Source: a virus
Lineage: Duplodnaviria > Caudoviricetes
Strand: one strand, 5' to 3'
IMG/VR virus record: IMGVR_UViG_3300045771_000049
Location: 1-64,000 of that record
Length of the DNA: 64,000 bases
Shown here: piece by piece, positions 1-8,974 of the stretch
Layout of the letters: each line of letters starts with the position of its first letter
How positions within the stretch are numbered: position 1 is the stretch's first letter
Translations under genes and position numbers: made by a program
Notes under the pieces: model-generated
What the model saw: the letters and a program-made list of their open reading frames with translations, nothing else
What the model was told of the DNA's origin: nothing
Database searches by the model: none

Positions 1-409
1 AACGAAGGCTGTGCCGGACACTGATCACGCAACTGACTGACGGCTCGGTGTTCTCGTAGCCTTACAAACGAAGGCTGTGCCGGACAGGACTCGCGCGGTA
101 TCATCGGTCAGTTTCGTTCTCGTAGCCTTACAAACGAAGGCTGTGCCGGACACTGATCACGCAACTGACTGACGGCTCGGTGTTCTCGTAGCCTTACAAA
201 CGAAGGCTGTGCCGGACTACATCCCTCGCACTGCATCGGTTACTGATGTTCTCGTAGCCTTACAAACGAAGGCTGTGCCGGACTGGCGCGCGTTCGCCTC
301 CGAGACGCCCTGCGTTCTCGTAGCCTTACAAACGAAGGCTGTGCCGGACGAAGTACTAAGGCTCAACCATGTGGTTTCAGTTCTCGTACAAACGAAGGCT
401 GTGCCGGAC
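1..409 (-). CRISPR. CRISPR array, truncated by window start; 36-nt repeat, six 30-nt spacers
   Basis: + strand repeat GTTCTCGTAGCCTTACAAACGAAGGCTGTGCCGGAC at 1-19 (partial), 50-85, 116-151, 182-217, 248-283, 314-349; copy at 380-409 lacks GCCTTA. On the minus strand the AGCCTT/AAGGCT stem is followed by an 8-nt tail ACGAGAAC, and TTGACA lies upstream at 454-459. Strand is inferred. Confidence 0.95.
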
Positions 410-501
410 CGATGGGTTCCAAGTCCTTGCTTTGATTGCCAAAGATCGATTATTGTCAAGCCGAAATCCGCGCATTCCCGATCAGAACGACCAATATAGA
501 G

Positions 502-529
502 GCGTCCCCTTGATCGGTCAAGGGGACGC
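502..529. terminator. 12-bp hairpin downstream of portal gene
   Basis: GCGTCCCCTTGA-TCGG-TCAAGGGGACGC, about 10 nt past the portal stop; weak U tract. Confidence 0.65.
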
Positions 530-538
530 ACAATTGAT

Positions 539-3500
539 TTACGGTGTGGCGGCCGGTGCTGGCGGTGCGCCTCCAGCCGGTGGGGCACCACCGCCCATAT
601 CAGCCCCAGGGACTGCCTCACTGCCGTCAGCCGGTGGGATATCGCCCTCGGGCATGCCCTCTGGCGGCATATCCATCCCCATATCGCCCCCAGGGTGCAG
701 ACCGACCGCTCCGAGACCGTCCTGCGAGCCGCCCTCAGCCGGGGAGCTACCAGTCTTCGCCTTGATCTTGTCGGCGTTTTCTTCGCTCCACATGGTCTCA
801 TTCTCGATGATCTCGTCATCGTTGAGACCGAGATAACGCTTCAATTTGAAGCGTTCTGACAACTTCTTATTCTCAGCAAGACCTTGATAGACCTGAACGC
901 GCTGGGCATCCAGTTCAATCTGCCGATACCGCGTAAACGACTGTGGTGGATTGAAATGCAGTTCGAACAGCCCGGCCTCGATTTCAATACCATTCTTGAC
1001 CAAATAACGTTTAAAGTCCTTGTCAAATACAGGTGCAAGCAGAGACTGAAGACGCATGCAGTATTTGGAGAAACGATACTCTTGGATCATTGCGGCGCCG
1101 AGTTTACCATCGTTGAAGGCAACGTTACTCGCGGCTTCATCCTCACCGATGTTGAGATAAGAGGTCGGAACACGCAGTCCACGCGCCAGCTTCTTGGAAA
1201 AGAAGGTTAGGTCAAGAATGCTGTCGTTTCCTTGGCCGCCTGGAAGCGTTTCCACTTTCGAGCCGCGTCCATCGGCTGAACTGGCAAAGAAATAATCGTC
1301 GTTGATGCTGTTTTGAATGAAGATGTTTTCCGCAATAGCGAAGTTATGGTGCGCACTGAACACCTCGTCCTTATCCACCGTAATCGTGCCTACCGTCTGA
1401 TTAGACGCGGGCTCGATCGCTTCAAGGCGGGGTTTTCCGTATGTTGGATCAAGTGCAATCAGTTTATGATCCGGGGTTAGGTCCTTCGCCTGAACCAGTT
1501 CACCACCACAGACCGGCAGTTTGTGCTCAGGTGTGCAGATCAACGAACCGCCATGGTCGAATTTTAGCCGGATCACCTCAGTATTCTGTTTAGTGATACC
1601 TGCCCATGAGATCGGCGCGTGTATTTTCTGACCGGTCTTCGGATCGACACTATACACAAAGTTCTTTGTACCAGCCTCGAACTCCTCGATGATTTGGGTG
1701 AGTGTTAGAACCCGTCCATCAGCCATAGGTAGTAGAGTTTCCAACGATACGCACAGAGGGTTGTAGGCAGCATCTAATATTGATCCGCCAGTTCCACTAT
1801 TCTTAGTGAAAATACCACCCTGGATTGCAAATGTATGGTAGGAGTGATAAATCTCATCACCATCAACTGTTATGGTGCCGGTATCCTGTTTTTCATCCAA
1901 TCTTTCGATCGAGACGAGTTTGTGATTAAGATATTGATATTTGGCCTGGAAATCATTAAAGTCTGTGAAACCATTTTGCTTCAGCAGTTCTATTATCGTT
2001 GTTGGACCGATTCGTTTCTTGCAATGGCGCTTGTTGATTTCAAAGAACCTATTCCGGAAACCTGCGTCTTTTTGAACACTCTGATACATCCGATGATACG
2101 GAACACCCGTCGTCCTGCTTTGCGACAGTTCTTGATAATGGCTTTTGAAAATACTAAACATCTCCTGATCGAATTGGTATCTTGATGTGAAACTCCTGTT
2201 TTTTAGTGCGGTCTGTTCCGAAATTTCTCCCGCAAAATAATCAGCCACCATTTTGTGTGTGTATTTCCAGCCTTTTGTCGCCGGATCAAAGATTTGTGTA
2301 TACGAGTTTTTCTTCTGGCTATACCGCTTTTCGCGAAAATAGAGTGGAATAAAACTCTCTCCAATCGTCAGGTCCTCAGCTTTGACGAACCCTTTGCCCA
2401 GAATAGGAAAAGAGTGGTCTGGCGTACACACGATGGTTTCACCATTGTCGAGGGTCAATTTGACCACATCGGTTTGCTTTTTGGTTTCACCGGCCCAAGT
2501 AATCTTACCCGGAACCACAGCACCTGTGGCGGGATCGCATGAGTAAACCCAGTTCTGTTTCCCTGCATTATGTTCTGCGATCACGTCACTGAGAGGAAGC
2601 AATCTACCGTCTAATAAATGTATTTTTGTCCCAAGAAACAAACAGCGATTTGGAATCCGACGTTGGTGAATATCGTTCTTTATGGATTCGATATGACGTT
2701 TGGCGCGTTCTGGTGGCATTGAACCGACATCGATGTAGAAAATCCGTCGTTCTGGCGCCCTCTGTACTCTGTAGATAAGTATAGAATCCTCCAAAAGCTC
2801 TTTCTGCTTAAATGTTTTAAATATAGGCTCAAGTATAGATTGACCAAACGGCCAATTTACATCGTTCCCTATACTTAGGGTAAGATGGATCACATGTTGA
2901 GCTTCGACAATACCGACATCCTGGGCGAACGGTCCCATCATATGTCTTTGGCGCGGATCAGTCGCATTGCCGACGAGCGTAAAAGGTGCGGGCGATGACA
3001 CGGGCGCTGATGCGGTGCGGGTGGTGCCTACGGGTGAGCCGCCGAACGGGGTGCGATATTGTGACGGATCGGCCTGTTTGGAGGCGAACTTGGCTTGGCG
3101 GTTATAGTCGAGGCCACGGACCAGATATTCCTCGGGGATTTTCCCGGCACTTTCATCGACCTTAACCATCTCGACCATGAAGTGATCGAGCCAGAGCCAT
3201 TCTTGGGTTTCCGGATCGCGCAGGAAGAACGCGTCGCCGTTTTTGATGGTATCGCGGAACATGTACCACAGCCGCGCCCGCATGTTGTTCAGCTTGAGCC
3301 ACTTATCCATCATCGTCTTGATGATTTTGACTTCCGATTCGTTCGGATCGGTGGTATACGCTACCTCGAACGGTTCGTCGTTTTGTTCTTCTGACTGGGT
3401 GCAGAAGTCCGCGATCGTGTCCAGTGCAGCATTTATATCGGAATCGCGATCCATATCGTCGAACTGATAGTATCGTTGGATACGATTAGGATGGCCCGCG

Positions 3501-3619
3501 TACACCAGTGGCAAAAAGCTCGATACATTGGCACTGGTCGATGCACTGGGACTGTATTGGTCTTTCGGCATGGTCGGCGAGCCGGTCTTGATAATCTGGA
3601 GGTGTTTTTTCCAAGAAAT
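539..3619 (-). CDS. T4 gp20-like portal protein with two inteins; probable ATT start
   Basis: Motifs QSILEP, LLEDSILIYRVQRAPERRIFYIDVG.MP, DDYFF...GRGSKVETLPGG. Frame extends 16 codons upstream of ATG 3571 to ATT 3619 (xSWKKH) with AAGGA upstream. Confidence 0.93.
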   Translation of the reverse strand: MSWKKHLQIIKTGSPTMPKDQYSPSASTSANVSSFLPLVYAGHPNRIQRYYQFDDMDRDSDINAALDTIADFCTQSEEQNDEPFEVAYTTDPNESEVKIIKTMMDKWLKLNNMRARLWYMFRDTIKNGDAFFLRDPETQEWLWLDHFMVEMVKVDESAGKIPEEYLVRGLDYNRQAKFASKQADPSQYRTPFGGSPVGTTRTASAPVSSPAPFTLVGNATDPRQRHMMGPFAQDVGIVEAQHVIHLTLSIGNDVNWPFGQSILEPIFKTFKQKELLEDSILIYRVQRAPERRIFYIDVGSMPPERAKRHIESIKNDIHQRRIPNRCLFLGTKIHLLDGRLLPLSDVIAEHNAGKQNWVYSCDPATGAVVPGKITWAGETKKQTDVVKLTLDNGETIVCTPDHSFPILGKGFVKAEDLTIGESFIPLYFREKRYSQKKNSYTQIFDPATKGWKYTHKMVADYFAGEISEQTALKNRSFTSRYQFDQEMFSIFKSHYQELSQSRTTGVPYHRMYQSVQKDAGFRNRFFEINKRHCKKRIGPTTIIELLKQNGFTDFNDFQAKYQYLNHKLVSIERLDEKQDTGTITVDGDEIYHSYHTFAIQGGIFTKNSGTGGSILDAAYNPLCVSLETLLPMADGRVLTLTQIIEEFEAGTKNFVYSVDPKTGQKIHAPISWAGITKQNTEVIRLKFDHGGSLICTPEHKLPVCGGELVQAKDLTPDHKLIALDPTYGKPRLEAIEPASNQTVGTITVDKDEVFSAHHNFAIAENIFIQNSINDDYFFASSADGRGSKVETLPGGQGNDSILDLTFFSKKLARGLRVPTSYLNIGEDEAASNVAFNDGKLGAAMIQEYRFSKYCMRLQSLLAPVFDKDFKRYLVKNGIEIEAGLFELHFNPPQSFTRYRQIELDAQRVQVYQGLAENKKLSERFKLKRYLGLNDDEIIENETMWSEENADKIKAKTGSSPAEGGSQDGLGAVGLHPGGDMGMDMPPEGMPEGDIPPADGSEAVPGADMGGGAPPAGGAPPAPAATP
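1310..1753 (-). mobile_element. Intein 2 in portal (148-aa mini-intein)
   Basis: Starts CVSLET, block B TPEH, ends HHNFAIAENIFIQN|S. Confidence 0.9.
1799..2644 (-). mobile_element. Intein 1 in portal (282 aa, probably degenerate endonuclease region)
   Basis: Starts CLFLGT, block B TPDH, ends YHTFAIQGGIFTKN|S; AT-richer than flanks; partial HNH-like YTHKMVA. Confidence 0.9.
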
Positions 3620-3643
3620 TGTCGTATTCCTTCTACATATCTG

Positions 3644-3649
3644 TATTTA
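3644..3649 (-). promoter_or_regulatory. T4-like late promoter core TAAATA (portal)
   Basis: Same motif precedes other minus-strand genes at 5537-5542, 7222-7227, 25970-25975, 31437-31442, 42351-42356, 56515-56520, 57094-57099, 58416-58421 and a plus-strand gene at 36996-37001. Confidence 0.8.
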
Positions 3650-3667
3650 CCTAAGTCGAACAGCGCC

Positions 3668-5512
3668 TTAAGTAAGGATCGAGGTCCAAGGCAGGAGACC
3701 GAGGGCGTCTTCGATATGCCGTAAGCGCGCATCGATCTCCTTGAAGGCGTTCAAGGATGCAAAAATCAAAGGTTTCTCATCAAAGCTCAATTGACCGGAA
3801 AGCCGAATAGGATCGCTCGGTGATTTGCCATCTATGTCATCAGTGGGCGGTTCTGTGGTGAACGAAACGCATTCCGGAACATGTGGTTGAGCCTGTTGTG
3901 CAGTAAGGCCATACAGAACGGTCCCGTCATCAGTGGTGCCGCCGAGGCCATTATATGCAAAGCTGACTGGATTCAGTTGGATGAGATCGGCTAGTCCTCG
4001 GTCATAGGGCTGCACATTTTCTTTGGTGCGTTCATCAGATACGTTTGCGTCGTATAGATTGCCGTAGATTACGAGATTGCCGCCGCCGGTGACGTAGTAA
4101 AGCAGCGTCCCGGTTGGATTGACATAACTGTATTGGCCAGTCGCGCCGTTCCAGATATGGTAATACTGATTGGGTGAGGGCGTATAGCTCATCACGCAGG
4201 AGCCACCCGTGAGGTTCAGGTAAAATGCGTTGGCCGAACCGCCAACATAGATCGTGCTTCCCGCAGCGACATAGCCGCCACAAACCATATTTTGCCCGAC
4301 CGTCAGTTGGGTGCCCACAGTGAAGGCAAGATTGGTCGCCCAGGCGGCGGTGGTGCTTTCACTTTGTAAATTCAGATATCCACTGGCGGCACCATATCCT
4401 GCGTAGCCCATGCGGGTCGCGGCGGCATTGAAAAACCCGGCATAGCCGGTGTTCGTTGCGCCAGTGCTGAGACCAATGGAACCATTGGCGCCGCTACTCA
4501 CTGTGACGCCCGAGAATGTCGCCGACGCGCCATTCGCAACAAAGGATTGCGGGTAAATCGTGCTACCGAGCAGACCAACATCGGTGGCATCAACCGTAAT
4601 TTTGGCGCCCGTTCCGCTGGTAGACCAACCGAGGTAAATCTTATTCGTGCCTTGTCCGATGCCGCCATCTTGCTGGACGGGGGTGAAGCCCAGTGCTGCC
4701 TGCCGCGAGGTATCACTAGGATGCACATGATCGCTCCGGGCGATCGTGTTGCTGATCCCGGCCGAAGCCGTGCCGTTCATCGCAGGGGCTGACGAACTGA
4801 GTTGCCCCCGCACAAAAGCTGTAGTGGCGATCTGCGTCGTATTGGTGTTCAGCGCAGGTGTGCTGCTTGTCGCACTGCCGCTGAGAGTGAGGCCATTGTT
4901 GATAGAGACCAGACCCGTTGAACGTGTGATTGAGACGGGTGAGAACAGAAAGGTTCCGGCGTCATTATAGGCGTTGATGGCGAAATCCGAACCGGTATTG
5001 AGACCGGTTTCGCTATCGCCGTTCGCATACACCGCCCAACGATTAACCCCGGCCGTCTGCAACAAGATGGCGCGTGATTGGACCAATGCAGGGGTTGCTG
5101 CATTGAGCGAGAGATTCGCGCCAGAGCCGGTGTTGGCGCCGAGGGTGAGATTGCCGCTAGCCAATATCGCCGTAACCTGGGCTGTGTCATAGGCGGCCAT
5201 CCCAGGAGCCGTCAGTGTCAGATAGACCTGCGCCGCGCCTGAGAGGGCTAGGGCAAGCGTCCCGCCGAGTGAGGATGCGGATACGACACGGGTCAGCGTT
5301 TCGGCCCCGAAGGTATAGACGCCACTGCCGACCTCCCAGACATTGCCGGTATCTTCGATAGTGTAATAGACGGTGGCGCCAGAGGTCAGCGCACCAGCAG
5401 CCACGGCCGCGTCAAAGGTTTGGAAACCCGGAACGGCCGCCCCGAGCTTGATCGTGCCGGTGCCGGTTGTTACAGTTGATACCCGCACCCCATCAACGAA
5501 TTGGATTGCCAC
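3668..5512 (-). CDS. Tail fibre protein with C-terminal intramolecular chaperone (peptidase S74-like)
   Basis: G/T/A-rich beta sequence, TTQIATTAFV and ARSDHVHP fibre motifs, SDERTKENV...LNPVSFAY...GLTAQQ. Confidence 0.85.
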   Translation of the reverse strand: MAIQFVDGVRVSTVTTGTGTIKLGAAVPGFQTFDAAVAAGALTSGATVYYTIEDTGNVWEVGSGVYTFGAETLTRVVSASSLGGTLALALSGAAQVYLTLTAPGMAAYDTAQVTAILASGNLTLGANTGSGANLSLNAATPALVQSRAILLQTAGVNRWAVYANGDSETGLNTGSDFAINAYNDAGTFLFSPVSITRSTGLVSINNGLTLSGSATSSTPALNTNTTQIATTAFVRGQLSSSAPAMNGTASAGISNTIARSDHVHPSDTSRQAALGFTPVQQDGGIGQGTNKIYLGWSTSGTGAKITVDATDVGLLGSTIYPQSFVANGASATFSGVTVSSGANGSIGLSTGATNTGYAGFFNAAATRMGYAGYGAASGYLNLQSESTTAAWATNLAFTVGTQLTVGQNMVCGGYVAAGSTIYVGGSANAFYLNLTGGSCVMSYTPSPNQYYHIWNGATGQYSYVNPTGTLLYYVTGGGNLVIYGNLYDANVSDERTKENVQPYDRGLADLIQLNPVSFAYNGLGGTTDDGTVLYGLTAQQAQPHVPECVSFTTEPPTDDIDGKSPSDPIRLSGQLSFDEKPLIFASLNAFKEIDARLRHIEDALGLLPWTSILT

Positions 5513-5563
5513 TGACGATTCCTCGAAACTATCGAATATTTAGCCCGTGGGTAGTTCACCCGG

Positions 5564-6409
5564 TCAATCCATGATGTTCGGACTGTCCGGCCTGTCTGGA
5601 TCGAAACTGGCGTGCACCGAGCGCACTTGCTGGGGGCGGAAGGCCACGGCGATATCGCACATTGGCGCTTCGGCCCCACGATAGCCTGGATCAAACGTGT
5701 TCTTGATAATCGCGCCATCCCGTCGTCCACGCTTGGCGGAAACGAGCAAATCATTATACGAGACCTCGCGGTAAGTATCGCCATGCATGTCGAAGATCAG
5801 CGGTTTGACCAGTTTGAGAAACACCGGAAATACGACCGCTTTGCTGATGTGGCCGCTGGTCTCTAAATTCTTCATCCGTTGCTCTAGTTCTCTAACCTGC
5901 TTATGCAGTTCTTGATAGCGTGCGTTAGCAATACGGCTCTCTTCTGTGTCGTATTTGGCATCGATCGCATCGCGCGCCGCCCGATAGGCTTCCGGACTAA
6001 TTCGTTTCTTTTTCGGTCCGTCATAAAACCGTGCGTACCAAACCGCCTCTTCCTGGCCGCGCGCGTTCCAGATCGATAGCGCCGATTCCATCTCGGCTTT
6101 CAGAGCGACGATATCAGCGGCGTATTTGTCATAGATCGGTTTGGAGCTATCCAGCATAAACCGTTCGCTCCCGCCATAGCTGACCGCGACTTTGGGATCG
6201 GAGGTGAAGAAAAACCCCTTGGTGGCGGACTTGGCGCCGGTATTCCGGCCCAGCAGGGCAGGATCGAAGGCTTCGATATCGTGACCCTTGGAGCCATGAT
6301 ACCACACCCGCGACGTGTCAAAGCCCATCTGCTTGGCACGGCTCAATCGTTCGGTCGGATCAAGCACTGCCTCGATTAAACTGAGCCAAAGGCGAAAGTC
6401 GTTTTGCAT
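5564..6409 (-). CDS. ADP-ribosyltransferase-like protein (ART-PolyVal type) with N-terminal leader
   Basis: MQNDFRLWLSLIE; WYHGS...F...GFFFTSDPKVA, VFPVFLKL, DGAII, VAFRPQQVRS; TAAATA 5 nt before ATG. Confidence 0.8.
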   Translation of the reverse strand: MQNDFRLWLSLIEAVLDPTERLSRAKQMGFDTSRVWYHGSKGHDIEAFDPALLGRNTGAKSATKGFFFTSDPKVAVSYGGSERFMLDSSKPIYDKYAADIVALKAEMESALSIWNARGQEEAVWYARFYDGPKKKRISPEAYRAARDAIDAKYDTEESRIANARYQELHKQVRELEQRMKNLETSGHISKAVVFPVFLKLVKPLIFDMHGDTYREVSYNDLLVSAKRGRRDGAIIKNTFDPGYRGAEAPMCDIAVAFRPQQVRSVHASFDPDRPDSPNIMD

Positions 6410-6485
6410 ACGAATATTTAGACCTTGAACAGGCGTGGCCTGCCACGAATAGCAAGGTCTATTATTCTATCAGATGTAATCCAAG

Positions 6486-7196
6486 TTAAGGCGCTGACTC
6501 GATTAGTTTGCAGTAGGCAACGATCACCGGAATGCCCTTCTTGAACAGGTCAAAGGAGGTGGTCCCGATCGGTGACCAGCCACCATCGCTGTAACGATTC
6601 AGGTCTTCCAAGTACGAGTGAAAGGCGTCCAGGGTTTTTTCCATCTCCGCGATCGAGCCGAACCCACCGCCGAGATATTTCAGATGTTTGAGCATCTCAT
6701 CCTCGGCCTGGAGTCGCGAGATGTCATCGGACATTTCGGTTTGATTATGCGCATCGAAATAGCGTTCCAAATTGTAACGCGCATCGGACCAGTCGATCCG
6801 GTCTTTCTTGTCGTCCCACCACCCCGAGAGAGCCTCTTCGGCGCAACTCAATAGATTGACCGGGTGCAACGTGGCATCCGGATTGGTCTCGCGTTCATAA
6901 GCCAATTCTTCCTGGTTCGACGCGGTATCACGAGCGGTGTTGGCTTTGATTGCAGCCCGCACTTCGATTACCCATTCTTGGTTCCATGCACCTCGGAGAT
7001 CAAATTCCGAGCGCTGGGATGCGGTGGCAATCTGCATGGCTCTGGCCTTCAATGCCGTTACCGCCTGCTTGGCAGTGACCAGCAAGTTGGCTTGGCGCTC
7101 CTGCTCCTGACGTAATAGGTCACCGTGGCTCATCGGCGCCGGTTTTCCTGGTCTCTTGGCCTCGGTGACGGAAATCAAATGACGCATCGGGTGCAT
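6486..7196 (-). CDS. Hypothetical helical protein with leader-like N-terminus
   Basis: Start moved to MHPMRHLISVTE (AAGGA SD, TAAATA at 7222-7227). Confidence 0.7.
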   Translation of the reverse strand: MHPMRHLISVTEAKRPGKPAPMSHGDLLRQEQERQANLLVTAKQAVTALKARAMQIATASQRSEFDLRGAWNQEWVIEVRAAIKANTARDTASNQEELAYERETNPDATLHPVNLLSCAEEALSGWWDDKKDRIDWSDARYNLERYFDAHNQTEMSDDISRLQAEDEMLKHLKYLGGGFGSIAEMEKTLDAFHSYLEDLNRYSDGGWSPIGTTSFDLFKKGIPVIVAYCKLIESAP

Positions 7197-7392
7197 AGAC
7201 GAAATCCTTGCGATAATCAAGTATTTAACCGATGGTGTCTTGTCCACGCATCATCGGCTGCTAGATGGATCGAGCTACCATAACAGGAGGTTATTATGCC
7301 GATCAATCTCGAACCACAATATTGCTTTTGAGACCATGAGCAAGCGCCGGAGAGGGTTTTAAATGGCATCGATCCAAACGTCAGACCATGTA

Positions 7393-7474
7393 TTTTTCGT
7401 AGCCTGCCTAGCAGACTGTGTTGGTCCGGACACACCCTCACTTCCTCGTTATTATCGTAGCCCGACAGGACTGA
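7393..7474 (-). repeat. Two degenerate CRISPR-repeat-like hairpin units
   Basis: Minus strand TCAGTCC-TGTC-GGGCT-ACGATAAT and ACAGTCTGC-TAG-GCAGGCT-ACGAAAAA. Confidence 0.65.
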
Positions 7475-7483
7475 AAATATCGG

Positions 7484-7825
7484 CTAGTGGTGTGTTTGTT
7501 TTCGTTTTCTCAGCCACTCGGATCGAGACTGACTGAGCGGCTGGGTCGTAGGGGTGACGAGCTTGTTCTGCAAGGCGTAGAACATCGCTGCGGCACGGGC
7601 CGCATCCCGGCGTGACACATCTGCTGGGTCTGGGGGTTCGATGCCGCCGCAACAGGGGCATTCCCCGCGCAAATGGTTTAGCCCGCCGATCACCATGCGC
7701 ATGGCACATTCGATGTGGAGAAAGTTGCGTGTTCCGCCGGGATGTGTCTGAACGCAGGTGTAGGGATCATTTGGACCCACGGGTTCCGCGCAGTGCAAAC
7801 AGTGCAACATTGATCGTCGTCTCAA
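7484..7825 (-). CDS. Hypothetical Cys/His-rich protein
   Basis: CxxC, HxEC, CPCC motifs; overlaps stop of upstream ORF. Confidence 0.55.
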   Translation of the reverse strand: MRRRSMLHCLHCAEPVGPNDPYTCVQTHPGGTRNFLHIECAMRMVIGGLNHLRGECPCCGGIEPPDPADVSRRDAARAAAMFYALQNKLVTPTTQPLSQSRSEWLRKRKQTHH

Positions 7826-8118
7826 TCCTGGCGCGTTTCGGGATCACGATCGCGGATTTTGATCACGCCCTCGATAAAGAACTTCGCCAAGTCATGGACC
7901 TGGGCGTCAGTCGGTTCGAGCGCGGCGGTAACCTGAATGAGGTGATTAAACAAGGCATTGGCGATATCATCTTCGACTCCACCACTCAAACGGGCGCGCG
8001 TGACCATCTGCTCGAACAACGTCCACACCCATGGATAACCCGGCGAGGCCTGAGCGGCCTCGAAATCGGTTAGCCAGCCTTGGGCATAAACTTGCAATGA
8101 CCCTTGTGTCATAGTCAT
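7822..8118 (-). CDS. Hypothetical protein
   Basis: GAGGGAG SD; coupled to next ORF. Confidence 0.65.
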   Translation of the reverse strand: MTMTQGSLQVYAQGWLTDFEAAQASPGYPWVWTLFEQMVTRARLSGGVEDDIANALFNHLIQVTAALEPTDAQVHDLAKFFIEGVIKIRDRDPETRQD

Positions 8119-8261
8119 CTCCCTCGAAATTGACTTCGGGGTAGCATTTTGCCGATCGAGAGCCGAGTGGTCAACCTGTTAGTTCCTTGTATTTCGTCAT
8201 CGATTGGTTTAACATCGGTCACTTCATGGTATCAAAACAACTTTGCGAGCAGGACAAAAAC

Positions 8262-8429
8262 ATGAGACGCCTTGTCGGGGGCATGATGCTTGTCGGGGTC
8301 TTGACCGCCTGTGTCCCGCTTCTGCCAGTGCGTCAATTGCCGCAGAGCGACACCGTGTGTGTCCCGAGGTACACGCTCCACCCAGGTTATCTTCCCGCCT
8401 ATCCCCCGCTTGGGACCGATGCGGAATGA
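8262..8429 (+). CDS. Small putative lipoprotein
   Basis: AGGA SD, MRRLVGGMMLVGVLTA|C lipobox. Confidence 0.5.
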   Translation: MRRLVGGMMLVGVLTACVPLLPVRQLPQSDTVCVPRYTLHPGYLPAYPPLGTDAE

Positions 8430-8551
8430 TCTAGGTGTTCGTGGCCCTGTTCTGACCGAGTCCTGTCCAAAAACGCCGATGGCAACACTGAAATCGGGGT
8501 TGTTGATTCAACTTCGGTATGCTAGAGGAAAGCGGCGCGAAAGGAGGGCAC

Positions 8552-8935
8552 ATGCCAGAAAAGAGAATCGTCGATGAATACAGCGCAATTCGCGAAGGCT
8601 TGGAAAGGGTCGAAGAAGAAAAAAAACGCAAATTCAACCCGCCCGTTGTTTATGAAATGTCGCAGAATGCGGGCGACTTCGCCTGGGAGATAGTGCAAAG
8701 CGGGCGATTGCAGCAATCCTATTTCTGGCACACAGGCGACGAGTTGGCAACAAAAGCCAGCTTCGTTCTCACTGACACCACCGTGCAACCCTTTATGATA
8801 TGGCTCGACCAGCAGCCGATCCGAGACATCAATACGCTGGCGCGGCGTCCGTTTAGCTGTGACGCCGGATACAGCGAACGGATCAGCAATCTCAAACGGA
8901 TATTTTGTCGCCTACGGATCATGAAAGTGATTTAG
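8552..8935 (+). CDS. Hypothetical protein
   Basis: AAGGAGG SD before MPEKR. Confidence 0.6.
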   Translation: MPEKRIVDEYSAIREGLERVEEEKKRKFNPPVVYEMSQNAGDFAWEIVQSGRLQQSYFWHTGDELATKASFVLTDTTVQPFMIWLDQQPIRDINTLARRPFSCDAGYSERISNLKRIFCRLRIMKVI

Positions 8936-8974
8936 ACACGGCGGCGCATTCGGACCTTGATTAGTAAATACGCT

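Noticed and set aside
20-379. Self-targeting of spacers, e.g. CATCGGT words shared with the giant gene
   Set aside because: Only short word matches were visible by eye; a full alignment is needed.
209-836. ORFs of 96-200 aa over the CRISPR array and portal 3' end
   Set aside because: They translate repeats or are shadows of the GC-rich portal tail.
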